Below are positions 30,597 through 42,065 of a stretch of DNA of 64,000 nucleotides, piece after piece. The position numbers and the translations under genes are program-made. The stretch's first letter is position 1. Every line of letters begins with the position of its first letter. The notes beneath the pieces were generated by a model, which was given only the letters and a program-made list of their open reading frames with translations, was not told where the DNA came from and ran no database searches. This DNA comes from Trichormus sp. ATA11-4-KO1 (GTDB taxonomy: Bacteria > Cyanobacteriota > Cyanobacteriia > Cyanobacteriales > Nostocaceae): positions 224,001 through 288,000 of the forward strand of contig JAHHIM010000036.1 of NCBI GenBank assembly GCA_019358915.1, written 5' to 3'.

Positions 30597-30775
30597 GGGA
30601 CTTAGACATTTTTGAGGCACAAATAAGCCTCAAACCCATACAGGGCAAGGAAAATACACCAAAGATTCAAACATGCTTGAAACCCAGATATATCAAGAAA
30701 CTAGGCTAAACGATGTCAAAGTCTCTCTGTATATAGATTTGAGTGTTTTTTCTGGCTACTTTTTGTCTAAGTCCC
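30597..30775. mobile_element. MITE of about 180 bp
   Basis: Perfect 12-bp terminal inverted repeats GGGACTTAGACA / TGTCTAAGTCCC; no ORF. Confidence 0.75.
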
Positions 30776-31050
30776 ACTAATACAACCATCCACATGAAAA
30801 ACAATTTTTCTATTTTCACTAAATATTCTTTAAAGTCAATTTTCTGACGCTGCTCAAGACATATAATCGGAATTTTTTTATTTCTTACGATAGATGACTA
30901 AGTAGAAATTAGGCGTTTTTCTAGGAAAAATGTGTTGCCTGCAACAAAAAATCTAGCGATATGGTCATTTTTCTCTAATGAGGATGTATTTCTCAGGGCA
31001 GATGACTAAGCAACTTATCATATAGTTAAATCTTTAACAATACATAATAG

Positions 31051-32010
31051 GTTAAGAAATTTTACAAAGTTAAGATTATGAGCAAAAACTTAGTCTTGAT
31101 GTTCTGTACAAATAAGGTGTTCTATAAATTAACGCAATTCTGATGTTTCCGATTTGTGGAAACATCCTTCGAGAAGCAATGTAAAGGCTATGCGACTGAT
31201 ATTAAACATTGCTCATCTTGTAAAAATTAACCGTTAATATTTAGGGATTTCCAAAAATTAAATCATTCATTTTATGGAGTAGGTGTTCCCTCATAAATGT
31301 TAAATTTAGGGGAAATCTCATCGTTAAATTAAGTGTATATACGTAAGATAAAACACAAATTCAAGTATTTGATTAACTTGCATGTGCTAAATCTTTACGT
31401 TGATTATTGAGGAATTACGTAAACACGTATCATCATAGTTCTCAAAAAGGCTTATTTTCTGTTTTATTTTCAGGTTGCTCTAAGCAATGTTACTTATTGG
31501 CGAACAAGATATGAGCTTATTTTGATACTAACAGTGTCTCTACTAGCCCTAAAAATTTGACAATAGCGTAGCATCGCACAGTGCAGACAACGATTTCACA
31601 CGAAAATCTTGGATATTCTTTTTATTGGCAAGTCCCCTAAATAATTCCTTAACTAGGCATATTTCTGCATATTGTTGTATAGTAAAATATGAGAGTAAAG
31701 TTAAGAAAAATTACAAATTTACTCTTAGCTTTAGTGGTGTTTATGCACTGTACAAATGAAACATTACATAGATTCATGAAATTCTGACGTTTCAGACTTG
31801 TGGCTATTTTTCTCAGATGAGCGGCGTAAACGCGTAGCGGTAAGGCAGCACTAGCACTACAAAATGGCTAGTCTGACCCCGACTACATAAGTACAAAGCG
31901 TTTGCCGTAAGCTGACGTCGCAGATATATAGGAGGTATACCCGTTCGTTCGGCGGGGCTGTTCCCAAAGGTAGGGCTTGTTGTTAGACATTGCTCATATG
32001 GATAAAATCA
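31051..32010. repeat. Diverged non-coding duplication (31051-31230 and 31700-32010); second copy has a ~140-bp insertion
   Basis: Colinear shared blocks GTTAAGAAA..TTACAAA, CTGTACAAAT, AATTCTGA.GTTTC.GA.TTGTGG and TTA.ACATTGCTCAT. Confidence 0.7.
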
Positions 32011-32365
32011 AAGTCAAACCTAAAAACACCTAAACCACACCTGATTAGTTTGATTAGCACGTCAGTTGTTGAACTAGCAGGTCAAATATATTTCCACCAG
32101 CAGATTTACTCGATACCAGAGAAAAAATCTTTACATTAAAAATGATGTAGAATACTGAACTCATAAAAAATTTAAACTAATTTTGCAGTTTATTTATCTG
32201 AGTTTGCTTCATTTATCAGTAGCTATTTAAAAGTTAAATATATATAGGTTTTTAATTATTTTTAATATTTTGTTAACAGGAAATTCACAAATAACTGTAG
32301 GTGTTTCTGATGTTTAGTTTATTTATGGCTCTAGTGCTGACTTATGAAAAGGAGAGAGTAAAGTC

Positions 32366-34345
32366 ATGAATTCTAGTGAACATACGTTAGTTTTCTCCAA
32401 TTCTCAATGGAAACTACAGCCAGAAATAGATTTAAAGTTTGCTCATTTTCTGATAAATCAAGCTGTAGATGCTGCTTTTTGTTTAGGAGATAATGAGCAA
32501 TTTCTTTATGTCAACGATGCTACTTGCCAGATGACTGAGTATTCCCATGAGGAATTACTTTCTCTGAGGCTGCATGATATAGATATAGACTTTTCTCTAC
32601 ATAATTGGTCAGATATCAAATCACAAGATTTCTCTACCTTTAAATCCCGCTATCGCGCCAAGGGAGGGCGCATATTTCTAGTAGAAATATCCATTATCTA
32701 TGTAGAAAATAAAGGTAAAAATTTGGGCTGTGCTGTTGTTCGGGACAGAAGTAATGAAATAATAGAGTTGAGTGTACAAACATGGATGGATGAATTAAGA
32801 AATGCCAAAAACTATCTTCAACAAGAAGCTTCGCAACTAAGTACAAAAGAAGCAGAACTAGGAATATCCCTGTCCATATTTCATTCCACCCTCGAGTCTA
32901 CTGCTGTTGGTATTGTTGCAGTTAACTTTGAGGGAGATATTCTGAGTTTAAATCAGAAATTTATCGATATGTGGCAGATTCCACAATCCCTAATATTATC
33001 CAAGAAATGTCCTCAATGTAAAGCCTTTTTTGAAAATCAACTTAAAGATCCAGAAGCTTTTTCTCGGCTTGTTTGGGAAGTTTCTAGCCAGTCTGATTTT
33101 GAAAGCTACTATATTTTGGAGTTGAAGGATGGAAGGACGTTTGCACACTACTCTAAACCTCACTACCTGGGGGATAAAATTGTTGGTAGAGTGTGGAGTA
33201 TTTGGGACATTACTGAATCTAAACAAACAGAGGAAGCACTCAGGCTGAATGAAGCTAGATTCCGGACTTTAGCAGAAACAACAGAAGCGAACATTTTCCT
33301 GCTTCAAGGCACGCGACTTTGCTACATAAATCCGGCGGTGGAAAAACTTACTGGCTACAAAAAAGAAGAATTGCTCAACGACTTTGATATTCGCCAACTT
33401 GTTAAGAGTAAAGAACGTAGGCAGGTACGCAACCAAAATGCAGTAGCGAACTTTGAATATCAGGAAATGAATCTGCTCATAAAAGATGGCACAGAACGCT
33501 GGCTAGCTTGCGCGGTTGCCAAGCTTGATGGCACGCTGGATTTTGGGGGAAAACCAGTTGAATTGATTACAGGTATAGATATTACTGATTATAAAAATGT
33601 AGAATCAGACCTTAACCAGGCTTTAGAACAAGCAAAACAACTCAGTGAACTGAGAGCGCGATTTCTTTCTATGGTCTGTCATCAATTTCGTACTCCACTG
33701 AATATTGTTTCATTCTCCCATAGCTTACTTAAAGAACAAGTAGACAAACATACAGAAAAGAAAATTCAACCATTACTCGATCATATTGAAAAAGCCATTG
33801 AACAAATCAGCCAGATGTTGGATGATACTTTGTTCTTTGCTAAAGCCGAAACAGCAAAACTCAGCGTTGAGCCTCAACTGCTTGATTTAGTTCAGTTCTG
33901 CCATAATTTAGTGGCACAAATGCACATAAGCATGAGCCAAAGACCAATCAGTTTTGTCAGTCAATTTGACTTTTTATCAGCCTGTGTTGATCCAAAATTA
34001 CTAGAGCCTATTTTGAAAAATTTACTTGATAATGCAATTAAATATTCTCCCTCCCACATGGTCATTGATTTCATACTTGCTTGCGAGAATGGAAAGTTAA
34101 TTTTTCAGGTCAAAGACCAGGGGATTGGCATTCCACCAGGAGATCAACAAAGATTATTTGAACCATTTTATCGGGGGAGCAATGTTGAGAATATACCTGG
34201 TACTGGACTAGGATTATCAATTATTAAAACCCTTGTAGACTTGCATGGCGGTCAAGTTGCTGTGGAGAGTGAGGTAGGTGTAGGCACTATGTTTACTGTA
34301 ATGTTGCCATTAATTAAAGAAGAATCTGTCCTTTTCCAGTTATAG
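32366..34345 (+). CDS. Multi-PAS sensor histidine kinase; scytonemin two-component sensor
   Basis: Three PAS-like segments, H-box SMVCHQFRTPL, NLLDNAIKY, DQGIG and GTGLGL; divergent from scyA. Confidence 0.92.
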   Translation: MNSSEHTLVFSNSQWKLQPEIDLKFAHFLINQAVDAAFCLGDNEQFLYVNDATCQMTEYSHEELLSLRLHDIDIDFSLHNWSDIKSQDFSTFKSRYRAKGGRIFLVEISIIYVENKGKNLGCAVVRDRSNEIIELSVQTWMDELRNAKNYLQQEASQLSTKEAELGISLSIFHSTLESTAVGIVAVNFEGDILSLNQKFIDMWQIPQSLILSKKCPQCKAFFENQLKDPEAFSRLVWEVSSQSDFESYYILELKDGRTFAHYSKPHYLGDKIVGRVWSIWDITESKQTEEALRLNEARFRTLAETTEANIFLLQGTRLCYINPAVEKLTGYKKEELLNDFDIRQLVKSKERRQVRNQNAVANFEYQEMNLLIKDGTERWLACAVAKLDGTLDFGGKPVELITGIDITDYKNVESDLNQALEQAKQLSELRARFLSMVCHQFRTPLNIVSFSHSLLKEQVDKHTEKKIQPLLDHIEKAIEQISQMLDDTLFFAKAETAKLSVEPQLLDLVQFCHNLVAQMHISMSQRPISFVSQFDFLSACVDPKLLEPILKNLLDNAIKYSPSHMVIDFILACENGKLIFQVKDQGIGIPPGDQQRLFEPFYRGSNVENIPGTGLGLSIIKTLVDLHGGQVAVESEVGVGTMFTVMLPLIKEESVLFQL

Positions 34346-34434
34346 ATGTTGAAATCAAAATATTAACAGTTATAACTCTGGGAAAGAAACAATTAATCTC
34401 ATCCGTTTCCTGCCACAATTTAGGGTGCTAGAAA

Positions 34435-35268
34435 ATGAAGTACGAATCACCGAAAAAAATTTTGGTAATTGAAGATGATACTGTTACCCGCAATCTTTAT
34501 GTAAAGGGTCTTCAAACTAAAGGTTTTGATACTATAAGTGCTGAAAATGGTATTACTGGTATTCAACAAGTACAAGAGCATGTACCTGATCTAGTAGTTT
34601 GCGATATTACAATGCCTGATATAGATGGTTATAGTGTTCTAACGATGCTACGCCAAGATCCTGTGACAGCAATTATTCCCTTTATTTTTATCACTGGCAG
34701 CTGCACTAGAGGAGCTGTTCGCAAAGGCATGGAATTAGGTGCAGATGACTATGTTACTAAACCCTCTACATTAGACGAACTGCTGAGAGCAATCACTACC
34801 CAGTTGCAAAGACAAGCTATACTCCAACGCTGGTGTGCCACTAAATTTCAAGAAGCTCAAAAATCAGCATCTGCAGATAAGACTTCAGCTTTGAACCATC
34901 CTCAATCAATCTTTCCGCCTATTCCTCAATTAAAAAAAGTTTTTGACTTTATTGAAGCCCATTATCACCAAGGAATCACTCTGTGTGATGTAGCCGAGGC
35001 AGTTGGTTACTCACCTGCTTACTTAACTAACCAAGTAGGTAGGCAGACAGGAGAGACGGTAAATAGCTGGATTGTTAAACGCCGCATGGAGGGAGCTCGT
35101 TTCTTGCTGCAAAATAATAACCAAACCGTCGAGCAAATTGCCAAAGAATTGGGTTATCAAGATGTGTCTCATTTCTCTCGTCAGTTCCGTCAACATCACG
35201 GTTTACCTCCCCATGCTTGGCGCAAGGAACATCAGGTTGGGCATTGCCGAATGGGAGTACGTGCTTGA
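34435..35268 (+). CDS. Response regulator with AraC HTH; scytonemin regulator
   Basis: Receiver domain (IEDD, CDITMP, KP) plus AraC C-terminus (IAKELGYQDVSHFSRQF). Confidence 0.92.
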   Translation: MKYESPKKILVIEDDTVTRNLYVKGLQTKGFDTISAENGITGIQQVQEHVPDLVVCDITMPDIDGYSVLTMLRQDPVTAIIPFIFITGSCTRGAVRKGMELGADDYVTKPSTLDELLRAITTQLQRQAILQRWCATKFQEAQKSASADKTSALNHPQSIFPPIPQLKKVFDFIEAHYHQGITLCDVAEAVGYSPAYLTNQVGRQTGETVNSWIVKRRMEGARFLLQNNNQTVEQIAKELGYQDVSHFSRQFRQHHGLPPHAWRKEHQVGHCRMGVRA

Positions 35269-35492
35269 GGATGAAGGAAGTAGCCGCTATATAGATGACT
35301 TGATGCGTAGCGTCTTTCCGTAGGCAAGGTAGCCTGCGCTGGTTTAAAACCCTGATTTTTACCATACTCAGTGCTGAGTAAGAAGAAGGAAGCACTTTCA
35401 ACTCAGCACTCTTCATCCAGTGGGTATCTTGAATAGGCGATCGCTTGTACTGGCGTTGCTGAATCACGATATGAATTGTGCGATAGCTGGCG

Positions 35493-36965
35493 CTAACAAC
35501 GCCGCAACTGCGTTAACAAAACCACAATTTCATCCATTGCTTGGCGCACAACTCTAGCTGGCTGTTCAGAGTGATTGACAATTAGACTGAAAGCCAAAGG
35601 CTCATAATTAGGGGCATTGACGTATCCTGAAAGAGAAACAGCACCCGTCATCGTGCCTGTTTTCGCTTGGACAATTCCTACAGCTGACGTATCACGCAAG
35701 CGATTCCTTAAAGTGCCACTAACACCCGCAACAGGTAGGGAAGCCCGAAAAACTTCTGCTTGTGGTGATTTGGCCATCGCCTGTAAAGTTTCTACCAAAG
35801 CTTCTGGACTAATTAAATTTTTACGAGATAACCCAGAACCATCTACTAATATGTAGCTTTTTGGGTCAACTCCCAATAGAGTTAAAGTATCCTTAACAAC
35901 TTCCAACCCTGCATCAGCTGTTGTTTGATTATTTTCGACTGGTTGTTTGATAGCTAAAGCCCTGAGTAAAGCCTCCGCATACAAATTATTACTATTTAAA
36001 TTTGTCTCCACTAACAACTCAGATAACGGCGGTGATTCTACTGCTGCTAGTTCTCGTTCGTTTTTACCACCTGTACCGTTAGACATTTGTCTCACAGAAA
36101 TACCCGCAGCTACTAAACTCTGACGGAAGTGACGCAAAAAATTTTGCATCGGATCAAAAACAGCTATGGCTGTGATGTCAGGTTGGGAATTTACAGCCAA
36201 TTGCCCTTGAATTCGCAATACTGGCCCTTTTAAGTCACGGCTGACTGAAACTAACCCTGGTTGATCTTTTTGAGTAGTTACAGAAGTATTTTCCACTCGC
36301 CACTGATAAGCTTCAACGGGTTCAGCCCATTTTAATTGCAATGGTTTTCCTATGGTTTGGGGCACAACTGTCAACACAGAAGCATTTTCATTGACAATTA
36401 AGCTATTGACTGGTGCACCATAATAAGCTGCTAAGTCTTCCCATTCCCAACTGGGATGAACAATTTCTCCTTGAAAATAACTATCGTCAGCAATCAATTG
36501 GTTAACTTGACTAATACCCTGTTCACGTAACTGCTTGGCTAATATTTGCAGTTGAGGAACCTTTAAGCTGGGATCTCCTCTGCCAACTACACGCAAAACA
36601 CCATCGCCATCTTGATAAACAGAAGTACGAATGCGAAAATTTGCCCCCAACTGCTGTAATGCTGCGGCTGTTGTCAACAATTTGGTGTTAGAAGCTGGAG
36701 TAAAGTATTTTTCGGCATCATGATTGTAAAGAGTTTGGGCAGAAGCCAAATTTCTTACTAAAATTCCCCAACGTACCCGACTAAATTGAGGATGGTTTGT
36801 CACAGCATCCACTGCTGACTTGAGTTGAGCTGGGCAAATTGTTTTTGTGGTGGTTGTTGACGTGACTGGTGTTTGTATTTGTGCTTTAACTGTTTGCTGG
36901 GTGACAACGATTTGAGTACTAAGAAACAGCAACAGCAAGCTAACAGTAATTTTTTTAGACATCAC
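35493..36965 (-). CDS. dacB: D-Ala-D-Ala carboxypeptidase/endopeptidase (PBP4, peptidase S13)
   Basis: PASNTK, SNN, DGSGLSR and AKTGT motifs; signal peptide. Confidence 0.93.
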   Translation of the reverse strand: MMSKKITVSLLLLFLSTQIVVTQQTVKAQIQTPVTSTTTTKTICPAQLKSAVDAVTNHPQFSRVRWGILVRNLASAQTLYNHDAEKYFTPASNTKLLTTAAALQQLGANFRIRTSVYQDGDGVLRVVGRGDPSLKVPQLQILAKQLREQGISQVNQLIADDSYFQGEIVHPSWEWEDLAAYYGAPVNSLIVNENASVLTVVPQTIGKPLQLKWAEPVEAYQWRVENTSVTTQKDQPGLVSVSRDLKGPVLRIQGQLAVNSQPDITAIAVFDPMQNFLRHFRQSLVAAGISVRQMSNGTGGKNERELAAVESPPLSELLVETNLNSNNLYAEALLRALAIKQPVENNQTTADAGLEVVKDTLTLLGVDPKSYILVDGSGLSRKNLISPEALVETLQAMAKSPQAEVFRASLPVAGVSGTLRNRLRDTSAVGIVQAKTGTMTGAVSLSGYVNAPNYEPLAFSLIVNHSEQPARVVRQAMDEIVVLLTQLRRC

Positions 36966-37076
36966 TCAATTTAATTCGTAATAGAGCCTCCGGCACGCTA
37001 CGCGAACGTAATTCGTAGTTCGTAATTTTTAATTAGCCAGATGAGTAAAGGGCTGGGGACTAGAGATTAGTATTTT

Positions 37077-37124
37077 ACTCAGCACTCCCCTTCGACTTCG
37101 CTCAGGGCTAGCGCACTCAGCACT
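37077..37124. repeat. Intergenic copy of the repeat unit found in trpD
   Basis: Reverse complement of 5426-5473 with one mismatch. Confidence 0.9.
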
Positions 37125-37155
37125 TTTTAAAGACAGTATAATTTTTTCCTAAGAC

Positions 37156-37184
37156 AAAAACGCAGAGGATTTGTTCCTCTGCGT
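37156..37184 (-). terminator. Intrinsic terminator after ilvB
   Basis: CGCAGAGGA..TCCTCTGCG hairpin with a minus-strand T-run. Confidence 0.7.
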
Positions 37185-37238
37185 ACAAGTGCAGTTGGGG
37201 TTAGTTCACCTCCAACATACCTTGAAGTTCATCAAGAT

Positions 37239-39140
37239 TTACAACTTAGTGCCACACTCAGAGCAAAAGTTGTGTGTGGGAGGATTTGTCGCACCGCAAT
37301 GGCTACAAGCAACTGGTTCTACTGCGGCTTTTGGTGGCTGCTTCGGCAAACCAATCATCTGAGCGTTGCTTTTACCTGGGGCTACCATTGGGTAGCAGTT
37401 TTCGTCTCTGGTGACTCGGACATCAACGACGACTGGGCCAGTATGTGCCAGCATTTCGGCGATCGCATCTTTTAATTGATCACGACTATCGATTACCATG
37501 CCCTTAATGCCATAAGCTTTTGCCAATAACTCTATATCTGGCATCCCTACTTCCATATTTGAGCAGGAGTAACGCTCCCCATAGAAGGCTTGTTGCCACT
37601 GGCGCACCATCCCCTGCCAGCCGTTGTTCATAATTACAGTCTTGACATTAATACCATATTGTGCAATCGTACCCAATTCTTGCAAGCACATCTGGAAACT
37701 GGCATCACCACTAATACAGATGACCTCTTCATCTGGAAAGGCCACCTTAGCACCCATAGCCGCAGGGACACCAAAACCCATTGTTCCCAAGCCAGCACTA
37801 GAAATCCAGCGTCTGGGGCCATTCTTCAAGAATTGTGCTGCCCACATTTGATGTTGACCCACGTCTGTAGTGTAAAAAGCGTGGGGTGCTTGGCTAGCAA
37901 TTTCCACAATCACCTCTTGGGGTGAGATGCTGTCAGGATGCTGCGGCACTTCCAAGGGATAATCTTGCCGCCAACGGTTAATTAAATTTAACCACTCTTG
38001 GTTTTTGTTGGGGATGTTCTTGATGCCTGTTTCTTGACAGCGACGCAACAAATCTAGTAACACATTTCGCACATCGCCAACTATAGGGACTTCGGGAACT
38101 CTATTTTTGCCAACTTCTGCCGGGTCGATATCGATGTGAATTACTTTGGCGTGGGAAGCAAATTCATCTAATTTGCCAGTTACGCGGTCATCGAATCTAG
38201 CACCAACACAGATTAGCAAATCACAATCAGTCACGGCAAAGTTAGCGTAAGCAGTACCGTGCATTCCCAGCATTCCCAATGCTAGGGGATGATGTTCATT
38301 AAAAGCACCGATACCCATCAACGTTGTAGTGACAGGAATATTGAATAACTCTGCCAGTTCTTGAATTTCCGCGTGTGCCCCTGCGGCGATCGCCCCACCA
38401 CCCACATACAATAATGGACGGCGACTGTGACGAATTAACTGGATTGCGGCATTAATTTGTCGTGGATTTCCCTTAACTGTGGGACGATACCCGCGCAATT
38501 TGACTGTTCCCGGTTCCACAGGTACATAATCACATTCTTCTAAAGCCACATCTTTGGGCACATCTATCAAAACTGGCCCTGGTCTTCCAGTGCTAGCGAT
38601 GTGAAAGGCTTCAGCGACAATCCGCGCCATGTCTTTGGGGTCGCGCACCACATAGGAGTGCTTGACTATAGGTAGGGTAATCCCGTAAATATCGGTTTCT
38701 TGAAAGGCATCCGTACCAATAGACGCCCGTGGTACTTGTCCTGTGACCACAATCATAGGAATCGAGTCCATATATGCTGTGGCAATGCCTGTGACTAAAT
38801 TAGTTGCCCCAGGCCCTGAAGTACCAAAACATACTCCTACTTTGCCAGTAGCGCGGGCGTAGCCATCGGCGGCGTGGGCTGCACCTTGTTCGTGCCGTAC
38901 TAGGATGTGCTTAATTGCGCCAGTTGCTTCCACTTTGTACAGGTCATCATAAATCGGTAGGATTGCCCCACCGGGATAACCAAAAATGTACTCAACTTCA
39001 TGACGTAGGAGGCTGTCAAGCAAGGCAAAACCACCAGTTGCCCGCTTGGGCGTGACGACTGGTGCTTTAGTAACAGCAGGATTCTGATTCTCAGTTTGTG
39101 GGATACTAGTAAAGGAAGGCAAGCGCACGGTCACGGTCAA
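37239..39140 (-). CDS. ilvB: Acetolactate synthase large subunit
   Basis: [29 protein letters not shown] and GDASFQM motifs; C-terminal CxxC..CxxC ribbon. Confidence 0.96.
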   Translation of the reverse strand: MTVTVRLPSFTSIPQTENQNPAVTKAPVVTPKRATGGFALLDSLLRHEVEYIFGYPGGAILPIYDDLYKVEATGAIKHILVRHEQGAAHAADGYARATGKVGVCFGTSGPGATNLVTGIATAYMDSIPMIVVTGQVPRASIGTDAFQETDIYGITLPIVKHSYVVRDPKDMARIVAEAFHIASTGRPGPVLIDVPKDVALEECDYVPVEPGTVKLRGYRPTVKGNPRQINAAIQLIRHSRRPLLYVGGGAIAAGAHAEIQELAELFNIPVTTTLMGIGAFNEHHPLALGMLGMHGTAYANFAVTDCDLLICVGARFDDRVTGKLDEFASHAKVIHIDIDPAEVGKNRVPEVPIVGDVRNVLLDLLRRCQETGIKNIPNKNQEWLNLINRWRQDYPLEVPQHPDSISPQEVIVEIASQAPHAFYTTDVGQHQMWAAQFLKNGPRRWISSAGLGTMGFGVPAAMGAKVAFPDEEVICISGDASFQMCLQELGTIAQYGINVKTVIMNNGWQGMVRQWQQAFYGERYSCSNMEVGMPDIELLAKAYGIKGMVIDSRDQLKDAIAEMLAHTGPVVVDVRVTRDENCYPMVAPGKSNAQMIGLPKQPPKAAVEPVACSHCGATNPPTHNFCSECGTKL

Positions 39141-39299
39141 ACCTCAGGCGATAGCTAAGTTAACACGTAAATTCTGTAGTTAATATTTCATTTTAATTGA
39201 AAAGTTAAATCAAATCCTGAGAGAAAAATATAAAGATGGACATAAACAAGGAATTGCTCTAATTTAGCAATCCGCTTTCCACTTCACTTAAGCAAGGAT

Positions 39300-39563
39300 T
39301 TGATTAGAAGAATATTTCGGGAGGGTATGATGCGCGAGTCAGTGATTTATCAAGAAATTCTCGAAGAAGGAGAACAGCGAGGGCGAGAAAAAGGAGAGCG
39401 CAATCTAGTTCTGCGTCTACTCACTCGCAAGGTGGGAGAGTTACCCCCAGGGATGCGTGAACAGATAGAAACTCTGCCGTTGGAGCAATTAGAAAATCTT
39501 AGTGAGGCTTTATTGGATTTTACCAGTTTGTTAGATTTGGAAACCTGGTTAGCCCACAAGTAG
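39300..39563 (+). pseudogene. C-terminal DUF4351/Rpn-type fragment
   Basis: MRESVIYQEI..LEQLENLSEALLDF..DLETWL with no N-terminal nuclease domain. Confidence 0.7.
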
Positions 39564-39699
39564 TTTGTATTGTGAGAAACTCCGCAGGAGTCGCTAGGCG
39601 ATCGCAAAAATCGCACCTGCATTAACAGTATTCAATATATTCGCTAATCTGGCTTCACTTCTTTCGAGAAAAAACAATCCTTTTTTTACACCGTAGGTG

Positions 39700-40965
39700 C
39701 TAAATCACATCCTGTAGCACTCGGCGGGTGTTTTTCCACGCCCAAATTCCCACACCTGCCACGACAATACTCATTGCCACCAAAACTATTCGCAAGCCAA
39801 GAAAATCAGTTAATGGGCCAGTAATTGCCAATGGTGCTGATAGGGCAATATTGACGGCATGATTTTGAAAGCCAAATACTTTACCGTGCATATTGGGTGG
39901 TGTTTGCTGTTGAATTAAAGTTTGCATTGGTACGCCAATTAAAGCAGCACCTATACCCAAAAATGCACTTAGTCCTAGAGCTAGAACTAGATTATGGGTG
40001 AAAGTGAACACCCCTAAAACTAGAGCCATAATCAAAAATCCAATCAAAGGTAAGGGCTTGTGATGGAATTTATCACCCCAATGACCCAAAATGGCTGCAC
40101 CTAACACCATACCCACCCCAGCAGCTGCCAAGAAAAAACCAAATTGTTTTTCCTTCAAACCAAAATCGGCGGCTAATCTAATTGTTAGCACCATTAATGC
40201 CGCAAACACACAATATAAAGTAGTTAATTGCAGCATGGCATTTAAGACCAAACGATTTTTGGTCAGATAGCGCAAACCCTCTTTAAAGTCAGCCCAAGGA
40301 TGAATTCCGGTACGGCGATCGCTAGGAGATTTTTTTTCCCATCCAAAGTTAATGGGTACTATCACCAATCCCGAAAATAGATATAAGGTGGCAACTACCA
40401 TCTCTTGACCATAGTCAACCCCTAACCAGGTTTTCGCCAAACTCAATATTGGTTCTCCAATGGCAAAACCGACAATTAAAGCTCCCATCATGGTGCTGCT
40501 GTACAGCGCATTGGCTGCCATAAAATTCTCTTTTTTTACCAAAACGGGGATAGCAGCTTGCTCAGCTGGAGCAAAAAACTGTGCCAAGGTAGAAATACCA
40601 AAAGTCATTACCAATAAAATAAAAAACTCCCGTGGCGAAAACGCTATGAGCAGCATCAATAATGTCTGCAATAAGTTAGAGCCAACTAAGACGAACTTTT
40701 TAGAAAAGCGGTCTACAAAGATACCACCCGCAGAACCGAACAAAATCGCCGGTAACGTAAAGGCCAGCATCAAAGTGGAGTACATAGAGTTTTGGGCTAA
40801 ACCAGGAGGTGGTTGGTAGTTTTCCAGTAGGGCAATCATTAAGACGAAGAAGACTTTATCTCCCAACTGGGACAACAGCTGCCCAATCCACAGGAGCATA
40901 AAACCACGATTTTTGAGCAGTGCGCTAAACCCGTTATTGACAGCAGCTGGTTCAGTTGGAAACAT
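39700..40965 (-). CDS. MFS transporter
   Basis: About 12 TM segments; GQLLSQLGD, GGIFVDRFSKK and FFAPAEQA motifs. Confidence 0.9.
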   Translation of the reverse strand: MFPTEPAAVNNGFSALLKNRGFMLLWIGQLLSQLGDKVFFVLMIALLENYQPPPGLAQNSMYSTLMLAFTLPAILFGSAGGIFVDRFSKKFVLVGSNLLQTLLMLLIAFSPREFFILLVMTFGISTLAQFFAPAEQAAIPVLVKKENFMAANALYSSTMMGALIVGFAIGEPILSLAKTWLGVDYGQEMVVATLYLFSGLVIVPINFGWEKKSPSDRRTGIHPWADFKEGLRYLTKNRLVLNAMLQLTTLYCVFAALMVLTIRLAADFGLKEKQFGFFLAAAGVGMVLGAAILGHWGDKFHHKPLPLIGFLIMALVLGVFTFTHNLVLALGLSAFLGIGAALIGVPMQTLIQQQTPPNMHGKVFGFQNHAVNIALSAPLAITGPLTDFLGLRIVLVAMSIVVAGVGIWAWKNTRRVLQDVI

Positions 40966-40973
40966 TAGATACT

Positions 40974-41028
40974 TGGGGAATGGGGAATTGGGCATGGGGA
41001 ATTGGGCATGGGGAATTGGGAATTGGGA
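40974..41028. repeat. Heptameric tandem repeat (TGGG(G/C)A(A/T)-type STRR)
   Basis: Degenerate 7-mer array tggggaa/ttgggca. Confidence 0.7.
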
Positions 41029-41115
41029 AGATGGGACAGTAGAAATAATTTTTCTTGTCCCCTTGTCCTCAACTCCCTACTCCCTACTACCTACTGATTC
41101 GTTCTGTTTTCCGGA

Positions 41116-41688
41116 CTAATTATCTTCATAGCGTTTTAGCAGCTGATGCAAAAATTCTGTTGCTGTCAGGCGCTCTGGCGGGGGAGAAACTTCAATAGAT
41201 GGATCTGCCCACCACCCTTGTACTATTTGGGGCGATCGCCACATGGATAAATGGTCAATTGGTGGTTCTGCATAAAAATTATTATGCCCACTACCTAGCA
41301 ACGAAGAACTCCAATGGGTGAAATAATCATGACTGATCCGATGTATGGGAAAGTTGCCACACAGTGGTACTCCCCAGCCATCTATAGCAATAAAGGCTTT
41401 GACATTACCTCCCAAGAGTTGCCAAGAATAAGCTGCACCTATTGCCCCAACCACACCAGCACTAAAGCTAATGAACACAACTGGCGATTTTAGCTCATGC
41501 TGTAAGCGATCGCCTAAAAACTGCAAAATGTGAAGTGATGATAAAGCTAATAAACTGTGGCCTGGAAAAACCAGCACTTTCACCTTATTTTGATATATTA
41601 AGCTATCAGATATGGGATACAACCATTCTGATATAAAGCTTTCAGTTAAGGCTGGCTCATGAATTCCAGGGCAAATGATTATACTCAT
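41116..41688 (-). CDS. Conserved hypothetical protein, alpha/beta-hydrolase-like
   Basis: CPGIH, ISFSAGVVG (nucleophile-elbow-like) and AIDGWG motifs. Confidence 0.7.
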   Translation of the reverse strand: MSIIICPGIHEPALTESFISEWLYPISDSLIYQNKVKVLVFPGHSLLALSSLHILQFLGDRLQHELKSPVVFISFSAGVVGAIGAAYSWQLLGGNVKAFIAIDGWGVPLCGNFPIHRISHDYFTHWSSSLLGSGHNNFYAEPPIDHLSMWRSPQIVQGWWADPSIEVSPPPERLTATEFLHQLLKRYEDN

Positions 41689-42065
41689 TCGTCTTTGGTG
41701 CTAAGAGTGGTCAAGTTGTTTATAAAAACTTCTGTATCCAATAAGACTGAGTTTTAAGTGATTTAGAGTAAACACTGTGCCAACAAAAATTTGCTCAATT
41801 ACCCAACCTTGCTTTTAGGATATATGAAAATTTCGCGCTGACACAAATCAGGTGTTGGATACAGAATACTAGAATAACTATTTTCTAATACTCAGTATTT
41901 AGTAATAACCCCAGTATGTCTTTTGATATATTGTTGTTAATTTTGTCCCTATCCTATCCAGGGGGATGGGATAATAATTTACGAGTCAGCGAAATAATCA
42001 AGCTATTCCTTAGCTCATTTTGTTCTGCACTCTGGTTTATATAGATTTATATTGAGGAACTCATT

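Noticed and set aside
3371..35268. Scytonemin/ebo cluster as a novel system
   Set aside because: It matches a well-characterised pathway; only its variant features are reported as findings
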